A DNA stretch of 43,205 nt from a virus (Duplodnaviria; Caudoviricetes). Position 1 is the stretch's first letter; the number at the start of each line of letters is the position of its first letter. Below the pieces are notes generated by a model. That model was given only the letters and a program-made list of their open reading frames with translations. It had not been told where the DNA came from and made no database searches. Made by a program: the position numbers and the translations under genes. The DNA is taken from positions 1-43,205 of IMG/VR virus record IMGVR_UViG_3300027886_000002; one strand, 5' to 3'. Of the stretch, positions 1 to 8,466 are shown in pieces.

Positions 1-127
1 CTCTCGCCGGTGCGGCTGCGGCGCTGCGCGGCTATCGCGGCCGCATGGTGCGCCTCGCAGAGTCCCGCGCGCCGCGCCCGGTTGGTGCATTTCCGGCACA
101 GCCCTTGCTTCTTTCGCAGCTCGGCTC
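1..127 (+). repeat. Terminal direct repeat copy 1 (identical to 43079-43205); probably assembly k-mer overlap
   Basis: ctctcgccggtgcgg...cagctcggctc identical at both ends; 127 is a common assembler k; an ORF reads through the junction. Confidence 0.9.
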
Positions 128-314
128 GAACCTTGTCGCCCGCGCGATTGCGCGCTTTCTTCGCTTCGTGCCACGCCTTCGCGGCGCTGCATGCCTCTGC
201 TTTGGTCGAGGCCTCAATGAACCGGACGTATCTGCCGCCCGACTCTTTCGCCTCCACCTGCTCGCATTTGAGAATCGCGCCGCTCTTGTCGAGCTCCACC
301 CTAAACCAGTTCAT
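1..314 (-). CDS. 5' part of an origin-spanning 179 aa hypothetical protein with C-x2-C-x9-C-x2-H putative Zn finger (continues at 43078-42853)
   Basis: ATG at 314 with AAGGAGG SD upstream; MNWFRVELDKSGAILKCEQV...GLCRKCTNRARRAGLCEAHH; frame continues across the circular junction; absent from the ORF track because of the break. Confidence 0.75.
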   Translation of the reverse strand, partial: MNWFRVELDKSGAILKCEQVEAKESGGRYVRFIEASTKAEACSAAKAWHEAKKARNRAGDKVRAELRKKQGLCRKCTNRARRAGLCEAHHAAAIAAQRRSRTGE

Positions 315-333
315 CCTGACCTCCTTTTGAGCC

Positions 334-362
334 ACTATGCCACAGACCGTTGACAAGTCAAC
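334..362 (-). promoter_or_regulatory. sigma70-like promoter for the origin-spanning gene, overlapping palindrome GTTGAC-aa-GTCAAC (349-362)
   Basis: TTGACT(361-356)-16-CATAGT(339-334) upstream of SD and ATG 314. Confidence 0.5.
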
Positions 363-3117
363 CCGGGTTCTCAAGGACCCAATCACGGGCGAGCTGCTTT
401 CCGTCCCGGCGGCGGAGGCGGACGACCGCGCTGCGCGCGAGGGCCTGGAGTACGCCACGCTCAGCGAAATCTCGAAGTTCAACGAACGCGAGAAGTACGG
501 CAGCGCGGGGCAGACCGCCATCGGCGCGCTCGAGCTCGCGGGCGAGGCTGCCACTCTCGGGCTCGTCGCCGCAGAGGGTGAAGATGCGGAGGCGCGCCGG
601 CGCGTGCTTCGCCGAGACAGCCCCATCCTGGCGTTCGGCGCCGAGCTCGCGGGTGCTGCGCCGGGCATCGCCGCGGGCGCGCTGACGGGCGGGGCCCTGC
701 CGGCGCTGGGTGTCGGGGCTCGGGCGGCTCGCATCGCCTCCATCGTGGCGGAGGGCGGCGTGTCCGGCTTTGCCTCGGAGCAGGTCGCCGCGCGCGAAGA
801 GGGCCGAGACATCGACGTCGGCAACATCCTGCTCTACGGCGTCGGCGGCGAGATTGCAGGCCGGGTCATCCCGAAGGCGCTCGGGGCCGGGCTGCAGAAG
901 ATGGTGGGGCGAGGCGAGGATGCGCTGGCCGGCGGCGCTGACAACGTGCTCGTGCGCGCAGAGCAGCGGGCCGCGCAGAGCGGCAGCGACTTGGCGGAGG
1001 CCGCGCCCGGGCCCGAGCGAGACCGCTTCCTCAAGGACAACGCCCGCGACCTGGTGAATGCCGCCACCGAGCGCGCGCGCAAGAACCTGGACGAGGCGAG
1101 CGCGAAATTCCAAGACCTCGGGGACATCTCCAAGAAGCGGCAGAAGATTGCCAACCTGGTGAGCAAGGAGCACGTCGGGCAGGACCGCTGGGTCAACGAC
1201 CAGCTCGACAACCTGTCGCGCATGCGAGCAGAGATTCAAGGCGGCGGCCCGCGGGGTGCGGACATTTCGGGAAAAACGCTCGAGGATTTGCACGCTCTGC
1301 CCATCGAAGACGCTTCCGATATCGCCCGCGTCGAGGCGCTCAAGCAAGACCCGACCTTTCTCAAGACAGGGCGCGTGTCGTCCAATGACGGGCGACAGGG
1401 TATCACCGTTGTGCAAGATAGCGGCGAGCTGCATCTGCGCGACGGTCGGCATCGTCTGCAGGCGGCGCAGGAGCTCGGCCGCGATGACGTGTGGGGGCGC
1501 GTCATCGATGCGCAGACCGGCAAAGAGGTCTACCAGGGGCCGCTGCGCTTGAAGCCTTCGGACGCCACCGATTTCAAGAACGCGCCGGGGCTGGCCGGTA
1601 TGGCCAAGAAGCTGGAGCGCTTTCTTGATGACGCGGAAACACGACTGACGGCGAGCCGCAAGGCAGCGGATCGCTTCATCGCCGCCGACCAGGTCAAGCG
1701 CACCCTGCAACGCTATCATGTGGCGCTCGGGCGCTCGAAGATGAACGCGCAGGACGCCGTCTACCACGAGCAGATGATGAGCGTCGTGGACGCCGTCCAG
1801 GAGACCATCCGGCGCGGGCTCGAGGATGAGAGCCTGTGGGGCCGCGCCGCGCGCTTCCAGGCCGACGTCAACAGCGCCTGGCACAACCGATGGTTCCAGG
1901 GCGCACCAGTCGCGGAGGCGGACCTAGCGCGCGTGACGGGCAAGGAATTCGACGCAAAGCCCATCATCGAGTTCGACCCGGCCAAGCTGCGCAGCTTCCT
2001 CGAGAAGGACAAGATTGGGCGCGGGCTGACGGAAGAGAAGCTGGCGGCCGTGCTCGACGGCTACCAGGAGATGGCGGAAGCACATCGCAAGTGGGGCATG
2101 ACGAGTCCCAAGGAGCTCGACCGGCTCCAGGCCAACGTGGCAGAGGTCCGGCGCGTGCTGGCGGAGGCTGACGAAATTCAGGGCGCGGTGCCGCGGGCGA
2201 CGAGGGCGGAGGCGGCGGAGGCCGCGATGGACCAGCTGGTGATGACGGGCGTTCCGGTGCTGGGCTCGGCGTACGTCGCCACCAAGCGCGCGCTGCGCAA
2301 CATCAACACGGCCGGCAAGGGCCACATCCGCAGCACGGCCAACACGCTGGTGAACGGCACCCGGCGCGTCGGCAAGGCTCTCGAGGGCGCTGCAGACAGG
2401 GGAGCCGGCGCTGTGGGCGTCATGGCCGCGGGGCAGCTGCGCGAGCGGCAGACCACCGACGCTCGGTTCCAGGGCACCTACCCGAGCATGACGCAGGCCT
2501 TCATGGCGAAGCGCGAGCAAATCGTGACGGCCATGCAGGAGCCCGAGCAGCTCTCGGCCGCCATCGCGACGAGCCTTGGTGACCTGCCGGAGGCCATGCC
2601 GGACGTGCATTTCCGACTCACGCAGCGGTTGGTCCAGGGTTTCGCCTACTTGTCGCAGAACCTGCCGCCGAGCATCGAGAACAGCTTGCTGCAGCGCCAC
2701 GCCATCCCGCCCGACCTGCAGAGCATTCGGCAGTTCGCCAAGCTCTGGGAAGCCATCATGGACCCTGGCGCGGTCGTTCAGGACTTCGCCACCATGCAAG
2801 CGACCGTCCCGCAGGCGCGCGCCATTGAAGTGGTCCACCCGGACATTTTCGAGCAGCTGCAGATGGACGCCATCACGGCCATCGCCGAGAGCCCCAAGCG
2901 CCCGAGCTGGGAGCGCTTGCGCTACCTTAACCAGATGTTTCGGCTCGGGCCGGCGCTCGGCGGCATCTGGCGGCCGAGCGTGGCGCGCAACATCAAGAAC
3001 AGCATGGCCGTCGCGCCTCCCGCGGCGCAGAGCGGGCCACAGCCTCTGAAGACGGGCCCCGACAGCCCGCGGGGCATTTCCTCCATCGCCAACGGGCCGA
3101 CGTCCGGTTCCGCTTGA
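337..3117 (+). CDS. Large internal virion/ejection-type protein with inserted ParB/Srx-like domain
   Basis: 926 aa; Gly/Ala-rich hydrophobic N-terminal region; follows two other ejection-type genes across the origin; ITVVQDSGELHLRDGRHRLQAAQELG matches the ParB DGxHR motif. Confidence 0.6.
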   Translation: MPQTVDKSTRVLKDPITGELLSVPAAEADDRAAREGLEYATLSEISKFNEREKYGSAGQTAIGALELAGEAATLGLVAAEGEDAEARRRVLRRDSPILAFGAELAGAAPGIAAGALTGGALPALGVGARAARIASIVAEGGVSGFASEQVAAREEGRDIDVGNILLYGVGGEIAGRVIPKALGAGLQKMVGRGEDALAGGADNVLVRAEQRAAQSGSDLAEAAPGPERDRFLKDNARDLVNAATERARKNLDEASAKFQDLGDISKKRQKIANLVSKEHVGQDRWVNDQLDNLSRMRAEIQGGGPRGADISGKTLEDLHALPIEDASDIARVEALKQDPTFLKTGRVSSNDGRQGITVVQDSGELHLRDGRHRLQAAQELGRDDVWGRVIDAQTGKEVYQGPLRLKPSDATDFKNAPGLAGMAKKLERFLDDAETRLTASRKAADRFIAADQVKRTLQRYHVALGRSKMNAQDAVYHEQMMSVVDAVQETIRRGLEDESLWGRAARFQADVNSAWHNRWFQGAPVAEADLARVTGKEFDAKPIIEFDPAKLRSFLEKDKIGRGLTEEKLAAVLDGYQEMAEAHRKWGMTSPKELDRLQANVAEVRRVLAEADEIQGAVPRATRAEAAEAAMDQLVMTGVPVLGSAYVATKRALRNINTAGKGHIRSTANTLVNGTRRVGKALEGAADRGAGAVGVMAAGQLRERQTTDARFQGTYPSMTQAFMAKREQIVTAMQEPEQLSAAIATSLGDLPEAMPDVHFRLTQRLVQGFAYLSQNLPPSIENSLLQRHAIPPDLQSIRQFAKLWEAIMDPGAVVQDFATMQATVPQARAIEVVHPDIFEQLQMDAITAIAESPKRPSWERLRYLNQMFRLGPALGGIWRPSVARNIKNSMAVAPPAAQSGPQPLKTGPDSPRGISSIANGPTSGSA

Positions 3118-3141
3118 CATCCGCCAGACTTTTGGTACAAT
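3114..3141 (+). promoter_or_regulatory. sigma70-like promoter for the HNH gene
   Basis: TTGACA(3114-3119)-16-TACAAT(3136-3141) with TG extension, 10 nt before ATG 3152. Confidence 0.65.
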
Positions 3142-3151
3142 ACTTGCACCC

Positions 3152-3505
3152 ATGATTCGCTTCGATTGTTTCGGCAAACCCGTCAAACCGTACGTTCCGG
3201 CATTCAAGCCGGACAACGCAGGCGCGTGCAGTCGATACTACCGAAAGAACACTGAAAAGTGGCGTGCGTACAATCAAGCGAGGCGCAGCGCGCTCGGGCG
3301 TTTGACCTCGCAGGACATCCGAGAAATTCAAGCGCGTGACGGCGGGTTTTGCGCCTACTGCTTGAAGCCTGGAGCCACCGACCTGGAGCACTGCACGCCG
3401 CTCGCTCGTGGTGGGGCCAACGCACCCGACAACGTGGTCATGGCGTGCAGAAAATGCAACCAGAAGAAGCGCACCAAAACCGTGCTCGAATTTCTGGTGC
3501 TCTGA
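3152..3505 (+). CDS. HNH endonuclease
   Basis: RDGGFCAYC...DLEHCTPLARGGANAPDNVVMACRKCNQKK: classic CxxC/HNH pattern. Confidence 0.9.
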   Translation: MIRFDCFGKPVKPYVPAFKPDNAGACSRYYRKNTEKWRAYNQARRSALGRLTSQDIREIQARDGGFCAYCLKPGATDLEHCTPLARGGANAPDNVVMACRKCNQKKRTKTVLEFLVL

Positions 3506-3511
3506 AAAATT

Positions 3512-3826
3512 ATGGCAGCTTTTCCCGGCAAGTCCGACCTCCGTTCTCCGCCCTACTCCAAGCCCTACGCCGCAGGGCAGGCTTCCCCGGTCAACCTCAC
3601 GACCGAAATCGAGCAGGCGCGGTGCGCCACGAGCGGCGCCGTCGCCATCGCCACGGCCACCACGTGCCAGCTGGTCTACAAGGACAGCAGCGGCACGGCA
3701 CGCGACACCGGTTCGTTCACGGCCGTCGTGGGCGACCACTTCAGCCTGCCCTTCGCCATGACGGAGTTGACCACCAACACCGGTCTGCTCGTCCTCGCCT
3801 ACTGGCACGGCTCGAACGCGAGATGA
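3512..3826 (+). CDS. Hypothetical protein (possible small virion protein)
   Basis: 104 aa; typical codon usage; Thr/Ala-rich beta-like composition; lies in the structural arm. Confidence 0.7.
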   Translation: MAAFPGKSDLRSPPYSKPYAAGQASPVNLTTEIEQARCATSGAVAIATATTCQLVYKDSSGTARDTGSFTAVVGDHFSLPFAMTELTTNTGLLVLAYWHGSNAR

Positions 3827-3894
3827 CCGCCACGATTGCCGAGATTCTCGACGCCGCTTGCGCTGACGCGCGGGCGGACGGGAAGCTCTCGCCA

Positions 3895-3978
3895 TCACTT
3901 CGAGCTGAGCTTGCGGCATCCTTCAATGAAGGCGATGCACAGCCCGGCCACGACCAGGTATCCAATGAGAAACGTCAT
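3895..3978 (-). CDS. 27 aa hydrophobic membrane peptide (leaderless, antisense to late operon)
   Basis: MTFLIGYLVVAGLCIAFIEGCRKLSSK*; ATG 6 nt after a TAGGCT -10 box. Confidence 0.55.
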   Translation of the reverse strand: MTFLIGYLVVAGLCIAFIEGCRKLSSK

Positions 3979-3984
3979 GGTGGG

Positions 3985-4013
3985 AGCCTAAGGCCCCGCC
4001 AGAGGGCTGTCAA
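3985..4013 (-). promoter_or_regulatory. sigma70-like leaderless promoter
   Basis: TTGACA(4013-4008)-17-TAGGCT(3990-3985)-6 nt-ATG. Confidence 0.7.
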
Positions 4014-4018
4014 GTAAA

Positions 4019-5962
4019 ATGGGCCACTATTTGGACTCCGGCCTCGAGCACGAAAAGTGGTATCGGGTCGACAACAGCGAGGACGCCGCACAGCTCCTGC
4101 TCCGTGACGCGCGGCAGGTCTTCCAGGACAACGGGCCGCGCTACTCGGAGTGCAAGTCCTACTCGAGCGTGTTCGAAGGCCTCGAGCTCACCAGCTTCGA
4201 GCTGTCGGGCTACCAGTTCGACAACCGGGACGTGTGGGGGGACGCGTTGGACGCGCCCGTCCTGAAGAACACCATCCGCTCCACCGGCATGACGCTGGTG
4301 GCGAAGCTGACGGCCAACGACACGCCGCTCGCGCAATTCATGACGAACCGTGGCGGCTGGCAGGAGTCTGTCAAGGCCGTTCGCATGGGGCGCCTCGTCG
4401 ATGCGGAGGTGGAGCAGCCGCAGGGCATCTTCTCGACGCTCCACGAGATGCACCGCCACGGCGCGACGCTCGCCATCAACGTGACGGGCTCCTACATGAT
4501 TTTTTTCTTCCCCGGCGACGAGGGGGTTCGGTGCGAGCTGGACGATACGCTGGCGGTCGGCATCGAGGTGAGCGGGCGCTTCGGGCGCATCACCAGCCTA
4601 CACCGCACAGTCTGGCGCGACGCGGATGAGCTCGCCGCGGACTTCCCCGATTTCGAGGATGAGATTTACGCGGCCGAGAGCACGTGCCTCGACGGCTCTA
4701 TCACGATGGCCGACCAAAGCCATGAGAACGTGCTCCGCCCCAAGCGCGGCGTGCGCCTCGTTCAAGGCTGGCACCTCAAGTACAAGGGCTGCATGGGCCG
4801 CGAGATGTGGGTGCTCGAGAGCGACGCAACCATCCTGCGCGACCGCGATTACGACCGCAAAACGGGCCCGTGGGTGAAGTGGGATTTCGAGCGCTCCCTC
4901 TATGGCGTGTGGGGAACGCCCATGACGCGCACCATCTACGAGATGGCCATGCGCGAAAATCGCATGCTTTGCGACATGGACGCGGCCGAGCGGAATAGCC
5001 CGCAGTGTCTGCTCATCCTGCCGGAGAACGCCGAGAAGGAGGGCGACCTAGACGAGGCGCGGGGCTGGAGCATCATTCGCTCAAACGCGCCGGCGGGCTC
5101 CTGGAACTTCGCCACGCCCCCCAAGTACAACCAGATGTCGGCGGATTTCGTCGACCGGCTGTCGGTCTACTGCGCGGACACGTCCGGCGTGAGCCAACAG
5201 CACAGCGCGGCGAAGGGCGAGCCCGGCACCACCAGCGGCAAACACGAGCAGCTACGCGCGGGGCTCTTTACAGAGCGCTACGCGGACCAGGAGCGCCGGC
5301 TCATCCAGGTGCGCGCGGTGGACACGGCCAAGCGCATCGTAGAGGCGCTGGAAGAGCTGCTCGAGGAGAGCCCCGAGTTTTCGCGCGTGTGGGCGCGGGG
5401 CGACAAGACGGAGGAAATCAAGGCCTCCGACCTGGACCTCGATGCGAGCAAATACACCATCACGGTCGCAGCCGTCAGCGAAGACAAGGACTCGCCACAG
5501 GCGCGCGCCGAAAAGGCGTACGAGATGTTGCAGAACGGCCTCATCTCGAGCGCCGACTATGCCTCGCTGCTCGAGACCTTCGCCACGCAGGAGAAGAGCT
5601 CGCAAATCATCGCACAGGAGCGCTGGGTCGAGAAGCAAATCGACAAGTGGTTGCACAGCGACGAAGACGCGCGCCTGGAAGAGAACTTCTACCAGGGGCC
5701 GACGGAGTGGCTCGACCTGCCAAGCGCCATGCGCCAGGTCTCGCTCGCGCAGCTGCAGGCGCGCACGCGCGAGGCGCCTCCGGAGATTCTCGAGTACTTC
5801 GACAAGTTCCTCGCCGAGTGCTCGGACTTCATGGACGAGGAGAGCGCGCAGGCGGCCACCAACATCTCGACCGACGCGGCAGGGGCAGCCGCCATCTTCC
5901 CCGGCCTTGCAGACCAAACCGCGGCACCTGCCGCACCACCCGTAGGAGCCCCAATTGGCTGA
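4019..5962 (+). CDS. Portal (head-tail connector) protein
   Basis: 647 aa; size, helical character and SGVSQQHSAAKGEPGTTSG segment resemble podovirus portals; upstream of scaffold and terminase. Confidence 0.7.
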   Translation: MGHYLDSGLEHEKWYRVDNSEDAAQLLLRDARQVFQDNGPRYSECKSYSSVFEGLELTSFELSGYQFDNRDVWGDALDAPVLKNTIRSTGMTLVAKLTANDTPLAQFMTNRGGWQESVKAVRMGRLVDAEVEQPQGIFSTLHEMHRHGATLAINVTGSYMIFFFPGDEGVRCELDDTLAVGIEVSGRFGRITSLHRTVWRDADELAADFPDFEDEIYAAESTCLDGSITMADQSHENVLRPKRGVRLVQGWHLKYKGCMGREMWVLESDATILRDRDYDRKTGPWVKWDFERSLYGVWGTPMTRTIYEMAMRENRMLCDMDAAERNSPQCLLILPENAEKEGDLDEARGWSIIRSNAPAGSWNFATPPKYNQMSADFVDRLSVYCADTSGVSQQHSAAKGEPGTTSGKHEQLRAGLFTERYADQERRLIQVRAVDTAKRIVEALEELLEESPEFSRVWARGDKTEEIKASDLDLDASKYTITVAAVSEDKDSPQARAEKAYEMLQNGLISSADYASLLETFATQEKSSQIIAQERWVEKQIDKWLHSDEDARLEENFYQGPTEWLDLPSAMRQVSLAQLQARTREAPPEILEYFDKFLAECSDFMDEESAQAATNISTDAAGAAAIFPGLADQTAAPAAPPVGAPIG

Positions 5963-7094
5963 TACACCCGACACGGCTTTCGCTGAAAGCCTCGCCGCCG
6001 CTGCGGCAATGGAGAGCACGACCGATGATGTGGAATCCGCAGAGTCTAAGGAGGATGGCGAAGGCGGCGCTTCAGCTGCCGGCGGGAACGCGGCCGTCGA
6101 TGACGGCGGTGTGGGCGATGACGAGGGCGATGATGCCGGCGATGACGAGGGCGATGACGATGCGGACGACGCGAGCGAAGATTCGGCGTCGAGCGACCTA
6201 GCCGGCATCAAGGAGCTTTTCCTCTCGGGCGACAAGGCCGGCGCGCTGAAGGCACTCGGGCTCGACCCGAAGGTGCTCGACCTCAACGACGCCAAGTTCC
6301 GCACCATGCGGCAAGGGCTGAAAGAGGCGGACGCCAAGCTGACAGCAGCCGCCGCGAAAGAGGCGGAAGTCAAGGCGGCGGAGGCGCGCACGGCCGAGAT
6401 GTATGAGCGCGGCAAGAAGGAGCTCGGGCCCGTGCTGCAGCTCCAGCGCATGCTCGCCAAGGGCGACTACATGAGCGCCAAGGACCTGCTCGAGGCGCTC
6501 GCCCCGCCCGGCACCACCTATCAGCAAATCGCAGAGGGCATCGCCGCGGCAGCCAAGGGCATGAGCCCCGCCGAGCAGCTCTACCGGCGCAAGCTGCGCG
6601 AAATCGACGAGAAGGAGCAGGCGGCGAAGGCGCCCGAGAAAAAGGAACCCGAGAAGCCGGCGGCCGTCGACACCGGCAAGAACCTGGAGGGCGCCAAGAA
6701 GGCGCTCGTGGGCACGGCGCTGGCGGACATCCCTGGCGCGGCAGAGGCGCTGGTGAAGGTCGCTGCCGAGCACTGGGACCCGGTCAAGAAGGGGCTCAAG
6801 CTGCCCCGCGCAGAGCTCATCAAGCTGGTGCAGAAGGACCCGGTTATCTCGCAGCTGCTCGAGCTCAAGCAGCTGAAGGCCAAGAAGGCCGGCAAGGCGC
6901 CCGAGCCGGAACCCGAGGTCAAGCGCGACACCAAGGGGCGCTTTCGCGAGCGCCCGCGCGTCGATTCGAAGCTGACGCCGGAGCAGCAGCGGAAGGCAAA
7001 GCAGGAGGCAGACTTCAAGGCGAGCGTGGCGCAGGCCGCAGCCATGGAGCGCCAGGCGCGCCGCGCCGCGGGCGCAGGGAAGGGACGTCGATGA
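5955..7094 (+). CDS. Putative capsid scaffolding protein
   Basis: Very acidic N-terminus (GDDEGDD repeats), Ala/Lys coiled coils, RDTKGRF motif; directly follows portal. Confidence 0.5.
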   Translation: MADTPDTAFAESLAAAAAMESTTDDVESAESKEDGEGGASAAGGNAAVDDGGVGDDEGDDAGDDEGDDDADDASEDSASSDLAGIKELFLSGDKAGALKALGLDPKVLDLNDAKFRTMRQGLKEADAKLTAAAAKEAEVKAAEARTAEMYERGKKELGPVLQLQRMLAKGDYMSAKDLLEALAPPGTTYQQIAEGIAAAAKGMSPAEQLYRRKLREIDEKEQAAKAPEKKEPEKPAAVDTGKNLEGAKKALVGTALADIPGAAEALVKVAAEHWDPVKKGLKLPRAELIKLVQKDPVISQLLELKQLKAKKAGKAPEPEPEVKRDTKGRFRERPRVDSKLTPEQQRKAKQEADFKASVAQAAAMERQARRAAGAGKGRR

Positions 7095-7753
7095 GAGCTC
7101 TCAGCAACCAGGTGGTCATCAAGACGCGAGAGGACTTGGAAGAGCCCTACGCGCCGCCCTGCCGCATCGGACCCGGCGGCATCGAGCCGCGTCCGTTCTT
7201 TGGCGAGGTGGTCAGCGTCGGCAAGGGCGACCAGCTACACCCGGACATCCCGGAGCTCCGAAAGGGCGATATCGTGCTGTGGAACCTCGCAAAGATGGGC
7301 ATGCCCGCCCTCGTGCACGGCCAGCCCTTCATCCTGAACAGCTTCAACGCGCTGCTCGCTCGGGTGGACAACGTCGGCACCAAGGACGAGGAAATCACGG
7401 CCATCCTGGACATGGTCTTGACGGTCGAAGATGGCGACATGATGGCACGCCAGGTCTCCAGCAAAATCATTCTTCCCCAGAGCGTCGTCCGGGACGGCAT
7501 GGGCGAGAACGGAAAGGGCAGTGTCGTCTCGACCGTCTGGGAACGGGTCCTCAGCGTCGGCAAGGGCATTACGTTCGCAGGCCGCACCCTGTGCGCGCGC
7601 TGCAAGGACCACCTGCAGCGCACTGAGGTCCCGGACATCCGCCGGCACGACCTGGTGTGTTTCAACCCAGCGTGGTCCGTAGACTGGAGGCGAGGCGGGC
7701 GAAACCTGCGTTTCACGCCCTACTCGGAAATCCGTGCGGTCGCGGAAAGCTGA
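7091..7753 (+). CDS. Tandem (double-domain) GroES/Cpn10-like co-chaperonin
   Basis: Domain 1 MRALSNQVVIK...GEVVSVGKG...LRKGDIVLW; domain 2 AILDMVL...SKIILPQS...RVLSVGKG...IRRHDLVCF...YSEIRAV. Confidence 0.75.
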   Translation: MRALSNQVVIKTREDLEEPYAPPCRIGPGGIEPRPFFGEVVSVGKGDQLHPDIPELRKGDIVLWNLAKMGMPALVHGQPFILNSFNALLARVDNVGTKDEEITAILDMVLTVEDGDMMARQVSSKIILPQSVVRDGMGENGKGSVVSTVWERVLSVGKGITFAGRTLCARCKDHLQRTEVPDIRRHDLVCFNPAWSVDWRRGGRNLRFTPYSEIRAVAES

Positions 7754-8261
7754 GGCGCTCTCCCCCGAGCTCTGCCTCCGTCTCTGCCGCGCCATCCGGA
7801 AGTACCCCAACATCACGGCGGCTGCGGACGCATGCGGCGTCAACCCGCGCACGCTCCAGGGCTGGATAAAGCGCGGCCTCTACCCGAACCCGGACCGTGT
7901 GTACGGGGCTCTGGCGCACGCGGCGCGGCGCTCGCTGGCGGTCTGCAAGGGCAGGCTTTTCGACACCCTCATGGTCGCCGCGACGGGCTACGTGGATGCG
8001 GACGGAAAACCCCATCCGGGCGACCCGAAGTGGGCGGCCTACCTCATGGAGCAGATGAAGGAGGAAGGTGACATCCCCTGGAACGCCACCATCCCCGACG
8101 ATGGCGACATGCCCGCGGTGCGCAAGCACCTGTTCCAAAATCCGCCGGCGCAGATGCTCAAGGACATCGCAGACGCGGGCATGAAGCTGGTGCCCCTGAC
8201 GCCAGAAGAGAGAGCGCTCCCGGCCGCACCCGTGGACGGCGAGCTCGTGGACGATGAATGA
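7734..8261 (+). CDS. Terminase small subunit (N-terminal HTH)
   Basis: ITAAADACGVNPRTLQGWIKRG HTH; GDPKWAAYLME; upstream of TerL. Confidence 0.7.
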   Translation: MRSRKAEALSPELCLRLCRAIRKYPNITAAADACGVNPRTLQGWIKRGLYPNPDRVYGALAHAARRSLAVCKGRLFDTLMVAATGYVDADGKPHPGDPKWAAYLMEQMKEEGDIPWNATIPDDGDMPAVRKHLFQNPPAQMLKDIADAGMKLVPLTPEERALPAAPVDGELVDDE

Positions 8262-8263
8262 GC

Positions 8264-8419
8264 TCAGGGCGCGAAGCGCACACCCCAAAACGTCAGGATG
8301 CGCAAGAAGGCTCGCGCGGCGTCTGCCGTGTTGATGTCGCGCAGAACGTCGGCCATGAAGGCCTTGTGAGAGGAAACAGGCGCGTTGATGACGGAAACAG
8401 GGAAAACGATTCTGTTCAT
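8264..8419 (-). CDS. 51 aa hypothetical protein (leaderless, antisense, between terS and terL)
   Basis: MNRIVFPVSVINAPVSSHKAFMADVLRDINTADAARAFLRILTFWGVRFAP*; fills the terS-terL gap; own promoter. Confidence 0.6.
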   Translation of the reverse strand: MNRIVFPVSVINAPVSSHKAFMADVLRDINTADAARAFLRILTFWGVRFAP

Positions 8420-8425
8420 ACCCAG

Positions 8426-8454
8426 AGCATGACAGCGGCGTTTGAGCCTGTCAA
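8426..8454 (-). promoter_or_regulatory. sigma70-like leaderless promoter
   Basis: TTGACA(8454-8449)-17-CATGCT(8431-8426)-6 nt-ATG; shares CGATTTTCCTTGAC and CATGCTCTGnGTATG with the promoter at 10182-10210. Confidence 0.7.
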
Positions 8455-8466
8455 GGAAAATCGACT

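Noticed and set aside
1-127. 127 bp end repeat as a biological direct terminal repeat
   Set aside because: Length equals a common assembler k-mer and it falls mid-ORF; true termini need read-based analysis
3823-4017. Plus-strand 64 aa ORF MTATIAEIL before portal
   Set aside because: Possible (ATGA overlap), but it overlaps the antisense promoter and peptide and has weak codon bias; not supported enough to list
6114-6157. Short direct repeat ggcgatgacgagggcgatga
   Set aside because: Simply encodes GDDEGDD low-complexity linker in the scaffold-like protein
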